NCBI GenBank assembly: GCA_963666315.2
Contig: CAXXHG010000014.1
Location: forward strand, 128,001 to 192,000
Source: Candidatus Binatia bacterium
GTDB lineage: Bacteria; Desulfobacterota; Binatia; Bin18
DNA: 64,000 nucleotides
Direction of reading: 5' to 3'
In this document: piece after piece, positions 21,033 through 31,579 of the stretch
Position numbering within the stretch: position 1 is the first letter of the stretch
Layout: every line of letters starts with the position of its first letter
Notes under the pieces: model-generated
Told to the model about the DNA's origin: nothing
The model's input: the letters and a program-made list of their open reading frames with translations, nothing else
Database searches by the model: none
Program-made: the position numbers and the translations under genes

Positions 21033-21237
21033 TGCTCTCTCCTTTTTTGATGATCCGCCTCTCCGGAGACCGAGGGCGACAGGTACTGATACTGCCCTTG
21101 CTGAGCGTTGACAAGAAGGGCAGCTGGGCAGCGACTGGCAGGTGTAGGGCGGGTATGGAGTAGGACCGACAAGCTGAGTGGGGGAAGGGCTCTACTAAAA
21201 ATATGGATCTTTTAGCGTGAGGTCGGAACGAACCGGA

Positions 21238-23100
21238 CTACTGGCCCATTGCGTCAGCAACAACGTCTTCTTGGTCTTCTCGGGCAGACGCCCCATTCGC
21301 TTGTTCGGCAATCGCCTTCAATTCGGCTCCCATGATCGTTTCTTTTTTTAAAAGCACCTGGGCAGCTTGGCGCAGTATGGACAGCTTAGCGCCCAGTAGC
21401 GCAGTGACACGCACGTGTTGCTCATCAATAATGCGGCGTACCTCGGCGTCGATTTCCCGTGCGGTTTCTTCACTATAATCGCCCGGACCTTGGGGTTGGG
21501 TGTCTTGTAGGAACATGGGTTGCTGCTCTTGATCAAAGCTCTGGTGGCCAAGCTTGTCGCTCATGCCATAGGCTTTGACCATATTCTTCGCAATATCGGT
21601 GGCCTTGAGCAGATCGTCCCGCGCCCCGGTCGAGGCCTCGTGGTAGATCAGCTCCTCTGCCACACGTCCCCCTAGTAAGACGGCGATCTTATTTTCCAAC
21701 TCGGATTTCGTCATCAAAAATCGATCTTCTTTCGGCAATTGCAACGTATACCCCAATGCCGCCACCCCACGTGGAATGATCGAGATCTTGTGCACTTCGT
21801 CCGATCCCGGGAGCGACATGCCCGCCAGAGCATGGCCGATTTCATGATGGGCGACGCGCTCCCTTTCTGTCTGACCCAAGACCCGGTTCTTCTTCTCGAT
21901 TCCGGCAATGACACGTTCGACCGCTTCTTGGAGTTCGGGCACGCCCACCGTGTCTTTGCCCCGGCGCGCGGCTAGGAGCGCTGCCTCGTTCACAATATTC
22001 GCTAAGTCTGCACCGGCAAAGCCCGGAGTCATAGCGGCAGCAACCTCTAAGTCGGATTCCGCCTCGAACGGCACCGATCGGGCATGGATCTGGAGGATGG
22101 CGAGGCGGCCGGCTCTGTCTGGCCGATCAACCACAACATTACGGTCAAAACGCCCGGCCCGCAGGAGGGCTTGATCCAAAATCTCTGGCCGGTTGGTGGC
22201 GGCCACCAGAATAACCCCGGCATGTTGGTCAAAGCCGTCCATTTCTACCAAAAGCTGGTTGAGGGTCTGTTCCCGCTCCTCATGCGTAACGGGGCCCATA
22301 CCACGTGCTCTACCCAGGGCGTCCAATTCATCCATGAAGATGATACACGGCGCATTTTCTTTTGCTTTGGAGAAAAGATCCCGTACCCGTGCGGCGCCTA
22401 CTCCCACGAACATCTCAACGAATTCCGATCCGCTGATAGAAAAAAACGGAACGCCTGCTTCCCCGGCAACCGCTCTGGCCAGCAGTGTTTTTCCGGTCCC
22501 CGGCGGTCCGACGAGTAAAATACCCTTCGGGATTTTCCCGCCCAGCCGGCTAAATTTCTCCGGAGTCTTGAGAAACTCAATTATCTCTTGCAGCTCGATC
22601 TTGGCTTCGTCTACCCCCGCAACATCAGAGAAGCGCACGGTGATATCCTGCTCCATATAGATCTTGGCCTTGCTCTTCCCAATCGACATCAAGCCCCCAC
22701 CGATGCCGCCGCCTTGAGACATACGGCGCATAAGAATCAGCCAGACGCCAAAAAACAACAGCACGGGCAGAACCCAGGAGAGGATGTCTCGGACAAAGGT
22801 GCTCTCGATCTCTCCGGCAAAAAGGACGCCCTGGGATGCCAGTTGATCGGCCAAGTCGGATTCCACACGAACCGTCACAAACTGGCTGGGATGTCCCTCT
22901 TCAGGCTCTTTCAACGTCCCCTGAATGTAGTTCTCAGTAATGCGGATCTCAGCAATCCGTCCTTCGATCAAATCAGTCTGAAACTGACTGTAAGGAATCC
23001 GTTCAATGCGCGTGGCCTGCATCCACACGCCATGCAGAATAACGACTCCCCACAGAGCGATAAAAAGATACCAGATATTAAATTTCGTTTTCTTATCCAT
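21238..23100 (-). CDS. ftsH: ATP-dependent zinc metalloprotease FtsH
   Basis: Two TM helices, [25 protein letters not shown]. Confidence 0.96.
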   Translation of the reverse strand: MDKKTKFNIWYLFIALWGVVILHGVWMQATRIERIPYSQFQTDLIEGRIAEIRITENYIQGTLKEPEEGHPSQFVTVRVESDLADQLASQGVLFAGEIESTFVRDILSWVLPVLLFFGVWLILMRRMSQGGGIGGGLMSIGKSKAKIYMEQDITVRFSDVAGVDEAKIELQEIIEFLKTPEKFSRLGGKIPKGILLVGPPGTGKTLLARAVAGEAGVPFFSISGSEFVEMFVGVGAARVRDLFSKAKENAPCIIFMDELDALGRARGMGPVTHEEREQTLNQLLVEMDGFDQHAGVILVAATNRPEILDQALLRAGRFDRNVVVDRPDRAGRLAILQIHARSVPFEAESDLEVAAAMTPGFAGADLANIVNEAALLAARRGKDTVGVPELQEAVERVIAGIEKKNRVLGQTERERVAHHEIGHALAGMSLPGSDEVHKISIIPRGVAALGYTLQLPKEDRFLMTKSELENKIAVLLGGRVAEELIYHEASTGARDDLLKATDIAKNMVKAYGMSDKLGHQSFDQEQQPMFLQDTQPQGPGDYSEETAREIDAEVRRIIDEQHVRVTALLGAKLSILRQAAQVLLKKETIMGAELKAIAEQANGASAREDQEDVVADAMGQ

Positions 23101-23152
23101 AGATAGCCCAATTATAGCGTGCCGCAGATAGCCCAATTATAGCGTGCCGCAG
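23101..23152. repeat. Perfect 25-bp tandem duplication containing the putative ftsH -10 box
   Basis: AGATAGCCCAATTATAGCGTGCCGC occurs twice; each copy reads TATAAT on the minus strand. Confidence 0.9.
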
Positions 23153-23272
23153 GGCACAGCATAGTCGGTGTGGGATTTCTTGTCATTGGCGCGGCTGGCA
23201 TAGTAGAAGCATGGGCCAACCAGCACATCCAGCAAGACTCCCAAAATATACAGGACATACAGGCTCTATACG

Positions 23273-24487
23273 ATGTCGCTGAATGTCTTTTTGATGACGC
23301 TGCGGGTCGCCTTTCGTTCGACGCTGATCATGCTGGGCATAGTCTTCGGCGTCGCTGCTGTGATCGCCATGGTTGCCATCAGTCAAGGCGCCGACGCGTT
23401 CATACAGGACCGCATTCAAAGTCTGGGGACGAATATCGTTGTCGTCCGGCCTGGTTCAACAGTCATGCGAGGGGCACGATCCGGGGATGGCAGCGCCGCC
23501 TCGCTCACCGTTTCAGACGCCCGAGCGATCGCTCGCGAATGCCCGTCTGTCGCAGCGGTCACCTATATTAAGCGACGTAAGATGCAAGTTGTTGCCGGAC
23601 GCGAAAACTGGAGCACCGATGTGCAAGGCGTCAATGTCGATTATCTATACGTCCGTGCTTGGCCCCTTGCGGAAGGTCGTTTTTTTACGCCCCAAGAAGA
23701 ACGGACCGCTGCCCGGGTATGCGTACTTGGCGCAACCGTGGTCAAAAATCTGTTTGCCTTGGGCCAGAATCCTATTGGCGCGTCTATTCGTATCCAGGAT
23801 ATGCCGTGTCGGATCATCGGCCTCTTGTCTACAAAAGGCCAGACCGGCCGGGGGTCGGATCAAAACGATACGATCATTGTGCCTTTTTCTACTGCAGAGC
23901 GAAAACTCATTGGAGCGGAAATCCTTGGAGTTGTGGATTACATGATGGTCTCCGCTCGCAGCGCAACCCAGACTATGGAGACTGAAGACGAAATTCGCAG
24001 CCTGATCGGGGCTCGTCACCATCTGCGAGCCAAGCAGGACGATGACTTCCGTGTGCGCAATCTCCAAGAGATTGCGGATGCCTCGGCCAATGCGAGCCAA
24101 GTCATGACCATCCTGCTCGCGTCAGTGGCTTCAATCGCCCTGCTCGTCGGCGGTATCGGCATTATGAATATCCTCTTGGTGTCCGTGACCGAACGGACCA
24201 GGGAAATCGAGATTCGCATGGCCGTTGGGGCCAAGGCCAAGCACATCTTGTTACAGTTCTTAGTAGAATCGGCAACGCTCAGCCTGTTGGGCGGCGTGTT
24301 CGGCATCCTGCTGGGTGTGGCCAGCGCTCAACTTGTCGCCTCAGTCGCACACTGGCCCAGCCTCTTATCCCCTGTCACCATAGTCGGCTCATTTGTTTGC
24401 TCGGGTGTGGTCGGTATTCTGTTCGGCTATTATCCGGCCTATAAAGCCTCTCGGCTCGATCCGATTGAGGCCTTACGTTATGAATAG
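23273..24487 (+). CDS. MacB/FtsX-type ABC transporter permease (orphan)
   Basis: LGIVFGVAAVIAM, LLVGGIGIMNI, VTERTREI, RLDPIEALRYE. Confidence 0.9.
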   Translation: MSLNVFLMTLRVAFRSTLIMLGIVFGVAAVIAMVAISQGADAFIQDRIQSLGTNIVVVRPGSTVMRGARSGDGSAASLTVSDARAIARECPSVAAVTYIKRRKMQVVAGRENWSTDVQGVNVDYLYVRAWPLAEGRFFTPQEERTAARVCVLGATVVKNLFALGQNPIGASIRIQDMPCRIIGLLSTKGQTGRGSDQNDTIIVPFSTAERKLIGAEILGVVDYMMVSARSATQTMETEDEIRSLIGARHHLRAKQDDDFRVRNLQEIADASANASQVMTILLASVASIALLVGGIGIMNILLVSVTERTREIEIRMAVGAKAKHILLQFLVESATLSLLGGVFGILLGVASAQLVASVAHWPSLLSPVTIVGSFVCSGVVGILFGYYPAYKASRLDPIEALRYE

Positions 24488-25341
24488 CGGCCACAGTCGA
24501 TTGGTCGACATGAACGGAATCCGCCTGCATTACTTTGAGTGGGGAGAGGAAGCCAACCCGGCCCTTATTTTGCTCCACGGCGGCTCAGCCCACGCCCACT
24601 GGTGGGATCATATTGCGCCCAGCTTGGCCCGGACGTTCCGCGGTCTTGCGTTTGATCTGCGTGGCCACGGAGACAGCTCCTGGATTGAACCAGCCGCGTA
24701 TGAAATCCAGGACTATGTGGCTGACCTCGAAGCCGTCATCACAACCCTGCAGCTCGACTCACCCAGCCTCTTGGGCCACTCATTGGGTGGATTCATTGCG
24801 CTGAACTATGCGACCCGGCATGCGGCGAGTCTGCGCGCGTTCATTAAGTGTAGACATCGGCCCTCAGCTGCGGCAGAGCCGGTATATGCGTCTGCTGCGC
24901 ACCCTGCCGCCGCCGATTTATCAAGACGAGGCAGACTTGCATAATCGCTTTCGTCTTCTTCCCGCAGACACACAGGCGACTGCGGATCTCCTGCGCCACA
25001 TTGCGCACCACAGCGTGCAGCCTGGCGAGGCTGGCAACCTGCACCTCAAAGCAAATCGTGCGGCCATGATCCGTCAGCCGTGCGACCTCACCCCGCTCCT
25101 GCCCACTATCGTTTGCCCCACACTCTTCTTACGCGGCCAGAACAGCAGAAATCTCTCAGCAGAAAAATTGGCACAGATGCTACACGCCTGTCCGCAGGCC
25201 CAAGGCAGAGAAATCCCGGCTGCGGGCCATCATATTTTCTTAGACCAACCTTCCGCCTTTCTTGACATCGTGACCAATTTCCTCCACGAGAAAGGGACGG
25301 ACACAACGGCGAACGCACAGAGAGGACAAAACAATAATTGA
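24480..25341 (+). pseudogene. Alpha/beta hydrolase, frameshifted near 24845
   Basis: LLHGG, DLRGHG and GHSLGG in frame 1; VDIGP...AGHHIFLDQP in a second frame; one extra A in ATTAAGTGTAGAC. Confidence 0.85.
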
Positions 25342-25460
25342 TTCCTGTACGGCACAGGTTATGAATTTCATCATTACACGCAAAACAAACAAAGGCTGGG
25401 GAAGTGATTCCCAAAATCGCGGATGTTATTAAGGCTCCGGCGATATAGGAGGTAAGACTG

Positions 25461-25598
25461 ATGTTCTGGTTTGGTTTTATTGTTGGTGCGACCGCAGCGA
25501 CGGTATTTATTTTGTACGGCAATGGAGATTTGCTCATCAGGCTTCGGGATCAGATAAAAAACGCGTCCGACCGGTTTTGGGAGTCTCAAAAGAAATAG
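25461..25598 (+). CDS. 45-aa small membrane protein (absent from the ORF track)
   Basis: AGGAGGT RBS 7 nt before ATG; MFWFGFIVGATAATVFILYGNGDLLIRLRDQIKNASDRFWESQKK; terminator follows directly. Confidence 0.75.
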   Translation: MFWFGFIVGATAATVFILYGNGDLLIRLRDQIKNASDRFWESQKK

Positions 25599-25603
25599 CG
25601 CGT

Positions 25604-25638
25604 AGACGCACACCCGGCTGGGGTGTGCGCGTCTTTTT
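25604..25638 (+). terminator. Rho-independent terminator
   Basis: CGCACACCC-GGCTG-GGGTGTGCG stem followed by a T-tract. Confidence 0.75.
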
Positions 25639-25743
25639 CGGTGGGCCCTCTTTTTCCGCTTTGTCCACCACTTTGCCTTGTGCTAGAGTTCGGGCAGCCG
25701 GGAACGTATGACAAAAGAACAACTGTCAAAGGAGGGCAGGATT

Positions 25744-26952
25744 ATGGCCAAGCCCCTAGATGGAATCCGTATCCTTGACTGGACGATCTGGCAGCAAGGT
25801 CCGGTCGCGACCATGATGCTGGGCGACCTTGGAGCCGAGATTATCAAAATTGAAGAGCGCGTGGGTGGCGATCCCGGACGCGGGGTTATGCAAATTGCCG
25901 GGGCCAAAACCGGCACCCGCAATTATTATTTTGAAGCCAATAACCGCCATAAAAAAAGTGTGACGCTCGATCTCAAAAAGCCCGAAGCCAGGGAAATCAT
26001 GTACAAGCTGGTCGAGAAGTCAGACGTGTTTGTCCAAAACTATCGCAAAGGCGTGGCCGCCAGGCTCGGTCTCGATTACGCCACTCTGTCCAAGTACAAC
26101 CCGAAACTCATCTATGCCAGTGCTACCGGCTATGGTCCGCAAGGACCCGATGCCGAAGAGCCCTCCTTCGATTATATGGGTCTGGCACGGTCCGGCATCA
26201 TGACCGCAGCCGGGGAGCCGAACATGGAGCCGATGAATGTGACGGGCGGAATCGCCGACCAAATGGGTGCGATTATGCTGGCCCACGGGATTACCGTGGC
26301 GCTCCTGGCACGGGAACGTTTAGGTATAGGACAAGAAGTCGATACCTCTCACCTCGGCAGCATGATGGCGCTGCAGGGCCTGAACCTCGCCTGTCGGCTG
26401 ACGCTGGGCAAGGAGTTTAAACGTTTTTATCGTACCAAGGCGGTCAACCCGCTCTGGAATCATTATAAGTGTAAAGACGATAAATGGATTTGCCTGGCCA
26501 TGCCCCAAGCCGACCGCTACTGGCTGGCTTTCTGCAAAACGCTGGGCATCCCGGAGCTGGGAAAAGATCCTCGTTTTGAGAACATGAAAGTGCGCGGTCG
26601 GCATTCCGAAGAGATCATCGCCATTGTCGATAATATTTTCGCTTCCAAGCCGCGTGAGGAATGGATGCGCATCCTCAAAGAAGGTGGCGACTTCATCTAT
26701 ACATTCGTGAACAACATTGCCGATCTGCCAGATGATCCGCAAATGCGCGTCAACGACTATATCGTGGACTACGAGCATCCGACCTGGGGCGAAACCCAAA
26801 TTGTCGGCTCGCCTCTTATTCTGAGCAAAACTCCAGCCGACCCCAGAGCATCTGCGCCGGAGTTCGGCGAACATACCGAGCAGGTCTTGGTTGAGATGCT
26901 GGGCTATTCGTGGGAGGAAGTCGGGAAGTTACGAGAGGCGGAAGTGCTATAG
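25744..26952 (+). CDS. CoA-transferase family III (CaiB/BaiF)
   Basis: PLDGIRILD, LGDLGAEIIKIE, NRHKKSVTLDLK, APEFGEHT. Confidence 0.95.
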   Translation: MAKPLDGIRILDWTIWQQGPVATMMLGDLGAEIIKIEERVGGDPGRGVMQIAGAKTGTRNYYFEANNRHKKSVTLDLKKPEAREIMYKLVEKSDVFVQNYRKGVAARLGLDYATLSKYNPKLIYASATGYGPQGPDAEEPSFDYMGLARSGIMTAAGEPNMEPMNVTGGIADQMGAIMLAHGITVALLARERLGIGQEVDTSHLGSMMALQGLNLACRLTLGKEFKRFYRTKAVNPLWNHYKCKDDKWICLAMPQADRYWLAFCKTLGIPELGKDPRFENMKVRGRHSEEIIAIVDNIFASKPREEWMRILKEGGDFIYTFVNNIADLPDDPQMRVNDYIVDYEHPTWGETQIVGSPLILSKTPADPRASAPEFGEHTEQVLVEMLGYSWEEVGKLREAEVL

Positions 26953-26982
26953 AAAGGTTCGGTCTAAGATTCGGTCTAGCGT

Positions 26983-27021
26983 GTAGGGGCGACCGGCTGG
27001 TCCCATAAGAGGCGCCCCTAC
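26983..27021. repeat. GTAG-type REP palindrome between convergent genes
   Basis: GTAGGGGCG...CGCCCCTAC; the right arm supplies the TAG stop of the downstream gene. Confidence 0.6.
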
Positions 27022-27974
27022 GTTACAATAACTCGATGCAGCAACTCTTCGCCGCGCACATAGCGGCGAAGATTCTCCAGCCACAGCTCCGCCACACGTG
27101 ACAAATAGAGCGGTGAGGTAGATGCCGTGTGGGGCGTGATAAACACATTCGGCATATCCCACAGATCATCGTCAGCGGGCCAGGGCTCGGTCGGCAAAAC
27201 ATCCAGGCAGGCTTGCCGGATCGTTCCGATTCTGAGCGCCTCTTTCAACGCCCCAATATCAACGATGGACCCACGCGCAATATTGATCAGCGTGGCAGTA
27301 GGCTTCATGCCAACCAGCTCGCTCGTCCCAATAAGATTTGTTGTTTCAGCACACGCCGGAATCGCCAAAATGACACAGTCCGCTTCGGGTAAGAATGCGT
27401 GCAGATCAGCCAGGCTGCCGAGTTGATCCACTCCGGCAACGGGCTGTGTTGATCGGCGAATGCCCAGCACGCGCATGCCAAATCCTTTAGCCAAAGTCGC
27501 AATCCGGCTTCCTATCGCACCCAAGCCGACCACCAGGACGGTTTTATCGCTCAGGCTCTCCAGCCCTAGTTCTTGCCCCAGTCCCTGCCAACGATGCTGA
27601 CGCTGATGCGCGCAGAGTTCTCCAAACCGTTTCACTGACCAGAGAAGAAAAGCAAGGGCAAACTCGGCCACCTCAGGCGCGTTCGCACCAGGGCTATGGG
27701 TTACCAAGGCCCCCTTGGCATGCATGGCGTCGTAAAAGCGCCCGTCCGTCCCGGCGTCTTCGGTATGCGCCCAACACGGCTGGGGCATTTGCACTGCGGC
27801 GTCAATAAATTCGGCACGATAGGCATCGCCAGCCAGCACCACGAGGTCACACGCATCCGGAGGCTCGGACCATGAGCCGTCTTTTTCAATCAGTGCCCAG
27901 CTGAGCTCTGGGAAAATTGCCTGCGCTTGGGCTCCAACCCGAACAAAGAACTCCCGACCCGCCGCGACTTTCAT
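27018..27974 (-). CDS. D-2-hydroxyacid dehydrogenase
   Basis: VGLGAIG, INIARG, LDVLPTEP, ITPH. Confidence 0.92.
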   Translation of the reverse strand: MKVAAGREFFVRVGAQAQAIFPELSWALIEKDGSWSEPPDACDLVVLAGDAYRAEFIDAAVQMPQPCWAHTEDAGTDGRFYDAMHAKGALVTHSPGANAPEVAEFALAFLLWSVKRFGELCAHQRQHRWQGLGQELGLESLSDKTVLVVGLGAIGSRIATLAKGFGMRVLGIRRSTQPVAGVDQLGSLADLHAFLPEADCVILAIPACAETTNLIGTSELVGMKPTATLINIARGSIVDIGALKEALRIGTIRQACLDVLPTEPWPADDDLWDMPNVFITPHTASTSPLYLSRVAELWLENLRRYVRGEELLHRVIVT

Positions 27975-28163
27975 GGCGATCTCCTTTCCCTACCGGTCTT
28001 AGCATGCAGGGTAAAAATTTGCCTCAAAACTTTGTCCGTAAAGGAGAGAAGGGGAAGAGAGAAAGAACAAGATCCGACGGGCTGCTTAAAGAAGAGTCTA
28101 GTCTGTTAACTGATTACATCGTCCGTTTTTTCCCAAAATATAGAAGCGGACCGCAGGAAAGAG

Positions 28164-30622
28164 TTACTGAGCGGGCTGGAGCAAGGTCTTGTGTTCAGTC
28201 ACTGCTGTGATTTTGTCTCGGGAGTACAAGACCGGAAAATACTTGCCCTCGGCCCACAGGGGGAATAGATTGCGGTAATGCGCTTGGGCCGGGTCACCGG
28301 CCTGTCCAGGCGTATTCATGCCGAGCGACCGATCCCAGTCAGCCGGATACGCAATAATCCGAAAAGACGCGCCTATCGTTTGGAGGTCCTCCGCACCGGT
28401 ATTATTGATGCTGAAGCCATCGCCTCCGCGCGGAATGGGGCCGACTTCAAGCTGTGCTCGTAGTTCGGCATTCACGGCTTCGCTCAGCATGTGTTTGATG
28501 GTGATGTGATGATAGTCCGTTTGGCCATACGCCCATTGGCCTATATCCGAGCCAAAGCGTGCAGTCAGAACTTGTACGGCTTGCTCGAAACTCTCGCGGA
28601 CAAACTGATCGCGTCCTGCCAGCGGGTCAGCACCATAGCTGCCATCCGGGGCGAGCAGGCTGCGAATGATGGGGGTGAGGGTCATGCGAGAAAACGATGC
28701 ACGCAGCGACTCAGGCACATGCTTGTCTCGGAATTTCTGCCACAACTGCCGTTGCCAAGCGACATAGATTCCGGCCGCAATGGAGTCTTTGTCGAGCACA
28801 TAATCCCACGCTTGGAGCTTGTCTACAGCAGGCTGGACCAGTGCCTCATCAGAGTGAAGATCTGTGTGGATATTTTGGAGGAGCGGTACGAGCATGCGAG
28901 CCGGAATCGAGTATTCGTCATTCTGGAGCTGCATCATCTCAACAGTCGTTACATTCGTTCCTTCTGCGAGGACTTCCTGGATACGGGAGAAACGATACGG
29001 CTCAAGCCAGAAATAACTCACTGGATAGAGATACCCCGGCGGAAGATTCTCCTGATTTGCGGTAGCCACAAAGCCTTCAGGCGGATTCAGCACATACGGC
29101 AGTTCTTGCATGGGTACATACCCATTCCACTCAAAACGACCGTCGCCTGGCACAGGCACCAAGCCATTCCAGTTTGGCCGTAGCGGAACAAGACCAACCG
29201 CTTGCCAGCCGATATTGCCCTGGGTGTCGGCCCAGACCATGTTCTCAGACGGCGCATGGGAATACACACACGCCTCACGGAACTCTTGCCAGGTGGTAGC
29301 CTGATTCATGCGCAGGCTGGCCAGATAGGGCACTCCACCGACGTCCAGCCACGCCGCACGCAGGGCGAATGCCTGGTGCTGCTCCGGGTCTTCGGCGAGG
29401 ACAGGACCATGGCGGGTGTATTTCAGGTCAATAGTCATCGACTCTTGGCCCTTGACCGAAATGGTCTCTTGGACAATCCGCATATCCTCCCATGCACCGC
29501 GGTACCAATACTGATCGGCGTTGTCCGGATTGGTTTTGTAGACGTATAGGTCCTCCGAATCCGTAGGAAAGATAGTCAGCCCCCACGCCCCATGCTCATT
29601 ATGCCCGATGGAAACGCCGGGCAGGTGCGGCTCTCCACCGCCGATGACGTTCCAGCCGGGCGCCACCAGATGGACCCAGTAGCGCAGTGACGGTGCGGTA
29701 ATCGAACGGTGCGGGTCATTGACCATAAACGGGTGTCTGGAGAGCGTTTTCTTGCCACTGACAACCCAGTTATTACTCCCCTCACCTTCTGTGGCCGCCG
29801 TCTCTTGGAGCAGGCGAGCCGCGGCTTGCGCCGCCGCTGGGTTTGCCTGTGCGGCTCGGTGCTTTGGGTCAATAATATCTTCCGGCTCAAATGCAACCGG
29901 CATGCGTGCAGCCTGATAATATATCAGTATATCGCTCGGAATTGTTGAGAGATCGAGCCCCTCGGGCACGGTCAGGTCCGGTTCTCCCGGATGCAGGTGC
30001 AACATCATCCGAATCGTATCCGACGCCATAGTCTGGAGCGCATTCGCGATGACAATCTCGGTCTCCAGGTTCCGAAAGAGGCCGCCAATGCGTGCAAGCA
30101 CGATTTGCGGCGACCAGGGCTGCGGGGTGATGCCTAATAAGCGAAATTCGGGCGAGAGGAGATCCGGTTTCTCTTGCGTGAGTTTGATGTAGGCGTTTAT
30201 GCCCTGCACGAAAGCCGAGATAATTTCTTCTCCGTCCGGATGGTAGTGTTGGAACTCCTGCTTCAGATCGCCGCGAAAACGGAGCAGCCGTGCCCCAATA
30301 TCGCGCTCCAGAGCTTTCGGGCCTTGAATCTGGGCCATCGTGCCGGTCACACGTCGCCGCCAAATCTCAAGCTGAAAGAGTCGATCACTTGCGGCGTTAT
30401 AGCCCTGCGCAAAGAACACATCATGCTGATTCTTGGCGTAGATATGGGCGATACCCCAGCGGTCGGTCAGTATCTCGACCGGCGCCTGCAATCCCGGAAG
30501 GTGTACTGTCTGCATAGAGTTTTCCCTAGACCTCGACTGAGATCCCACCTCGGCCCAGCTCAACATACAAGGCAAGAGCAAGGCCACACATAGAATAAGA
30601 GCAGTGCCAGAAGCCGTTTCAT
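28164..30622 (-). CDS. Penicillin acylase family Ntn-hydrolase; signal peptide apparently frameshifted near 30588
   Basis: DRWGIAHIYA, DRLFQLE, G|SNNWVV, NDPHR; ATG 30622 (MKRLLALLLFYV) is out of frame with ALLLPCMLSWAE by an extra GT in TATGTGTGGCC. Confidence 0.85.
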
Positions 30623-30805
30623 ATCTTCACATGGTTTTTGTTGAGTATAGGAAAAATGGAGGGCGCGGGCGACCTCCGGCAAGATTCCGCCAAGACTCCT
30701 TTCTCGCAGCCTCTTTGACTCGACCCGAGGCTGAAAGAAAATTCGCATCACGATTGGCATTTTTAGTACAATTTTTAGTACGATGAAGAGAGAGTTCGAA
30801 ACCAC

Positions 30806-31180
30806 ATGGAGGACACACACATGCTTGGAGACACGCTCGTCCGGGATAACGAGGATATCCGGCTCCTTCGGGGCGGAAAGGCTGATGAGTTTAATCAGAA
30901 GGCGAAAGCGGGGGCGGAATCGATTGATCTCAAGAACGCCAACCTGCGCCTTGCCGATCTGCGCGGGCTTGACCTCCACCGAGTCGACCTGAGCGGCGCG
31001 TATCTGCGCAAGGCCGATCTACGCGGCGTTGATCTCAGCCAGGCCAACCTTGAGGGCGCCAGCCTTCATGAGGCGCAGATTAGCGGCACCCTCCTTCCTG
31101 AGAATCTCTCTCCCGAAGAAATCATGCTGTCGGTCACGCATGGCTACCGCATGCGGGTCAAAAAAACGGTCGAGATCTGA
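30806..31180 (+). CDS. Pentapeptide repeat protein
   Basis: ANLRL ADLRG LDLHR VDLSG AYLRK ADLRG repeats. Confidence 0.9.
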   Translation: MEDTHMLGDTLVRDNEDIRLLRGGKADEFNQKAKAGAESIDLKNANLRLADLRGLDLHRVDLSGAYLRKADLRGVDLSQANLEGASLHEAQISGTLLPENLSPEEIMLSVTHGYRMRVKKTVEI

Positions 31181-31448
31181 CCGCGGCTTACTCCGATTTA
31201 ACGTCGGTACCCGTACCACAGCCTGCTTACTCTAGAGGTGGCGGAACGTCAGATTTTATCTGATCGCCCGCCGCCAGTATCTTGGCGGTGTTAACCAGCG
31301 TCACGCTAGCCACCGCTTCACTCAACGTTTCGGTATCGTAGCGCAGAGTGTAGACACAGTGTTGCAGCCTTGTCAGAAATTGAGTGCCGTAGCTGAGTGA
31401 GCACGCCGACAGCCGGATAAGCGCTTTCCGCTCTCGTCCCGTTGATGG

Positions 31449-31480
31449 AAAGGGTGGGCCATAGGCCCACCCTTTTTCTT
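31449..31480 (+). terminator. Strong Rho-independent terminator
   Basis: AAAGGGTGGGCC-ATA-GGCCCACCCTTT perfect stem plus T-tract. Confidence 0.8.
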
Positions 31481-31579
31481 TGTACATCCTCTTTCTCATC
31501 CGATCCCGTTAGGGCCTTCACTGTCTGGCCGAAGAACATCAACCTGTGTTACACACCAAACACACAGGAGGCTTTGAAT

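Noticed and set aside
23101-23152. 25-bp repeat as a mini-CRISPR
   Set aside because: The copies are directly adjacent with no spacer.
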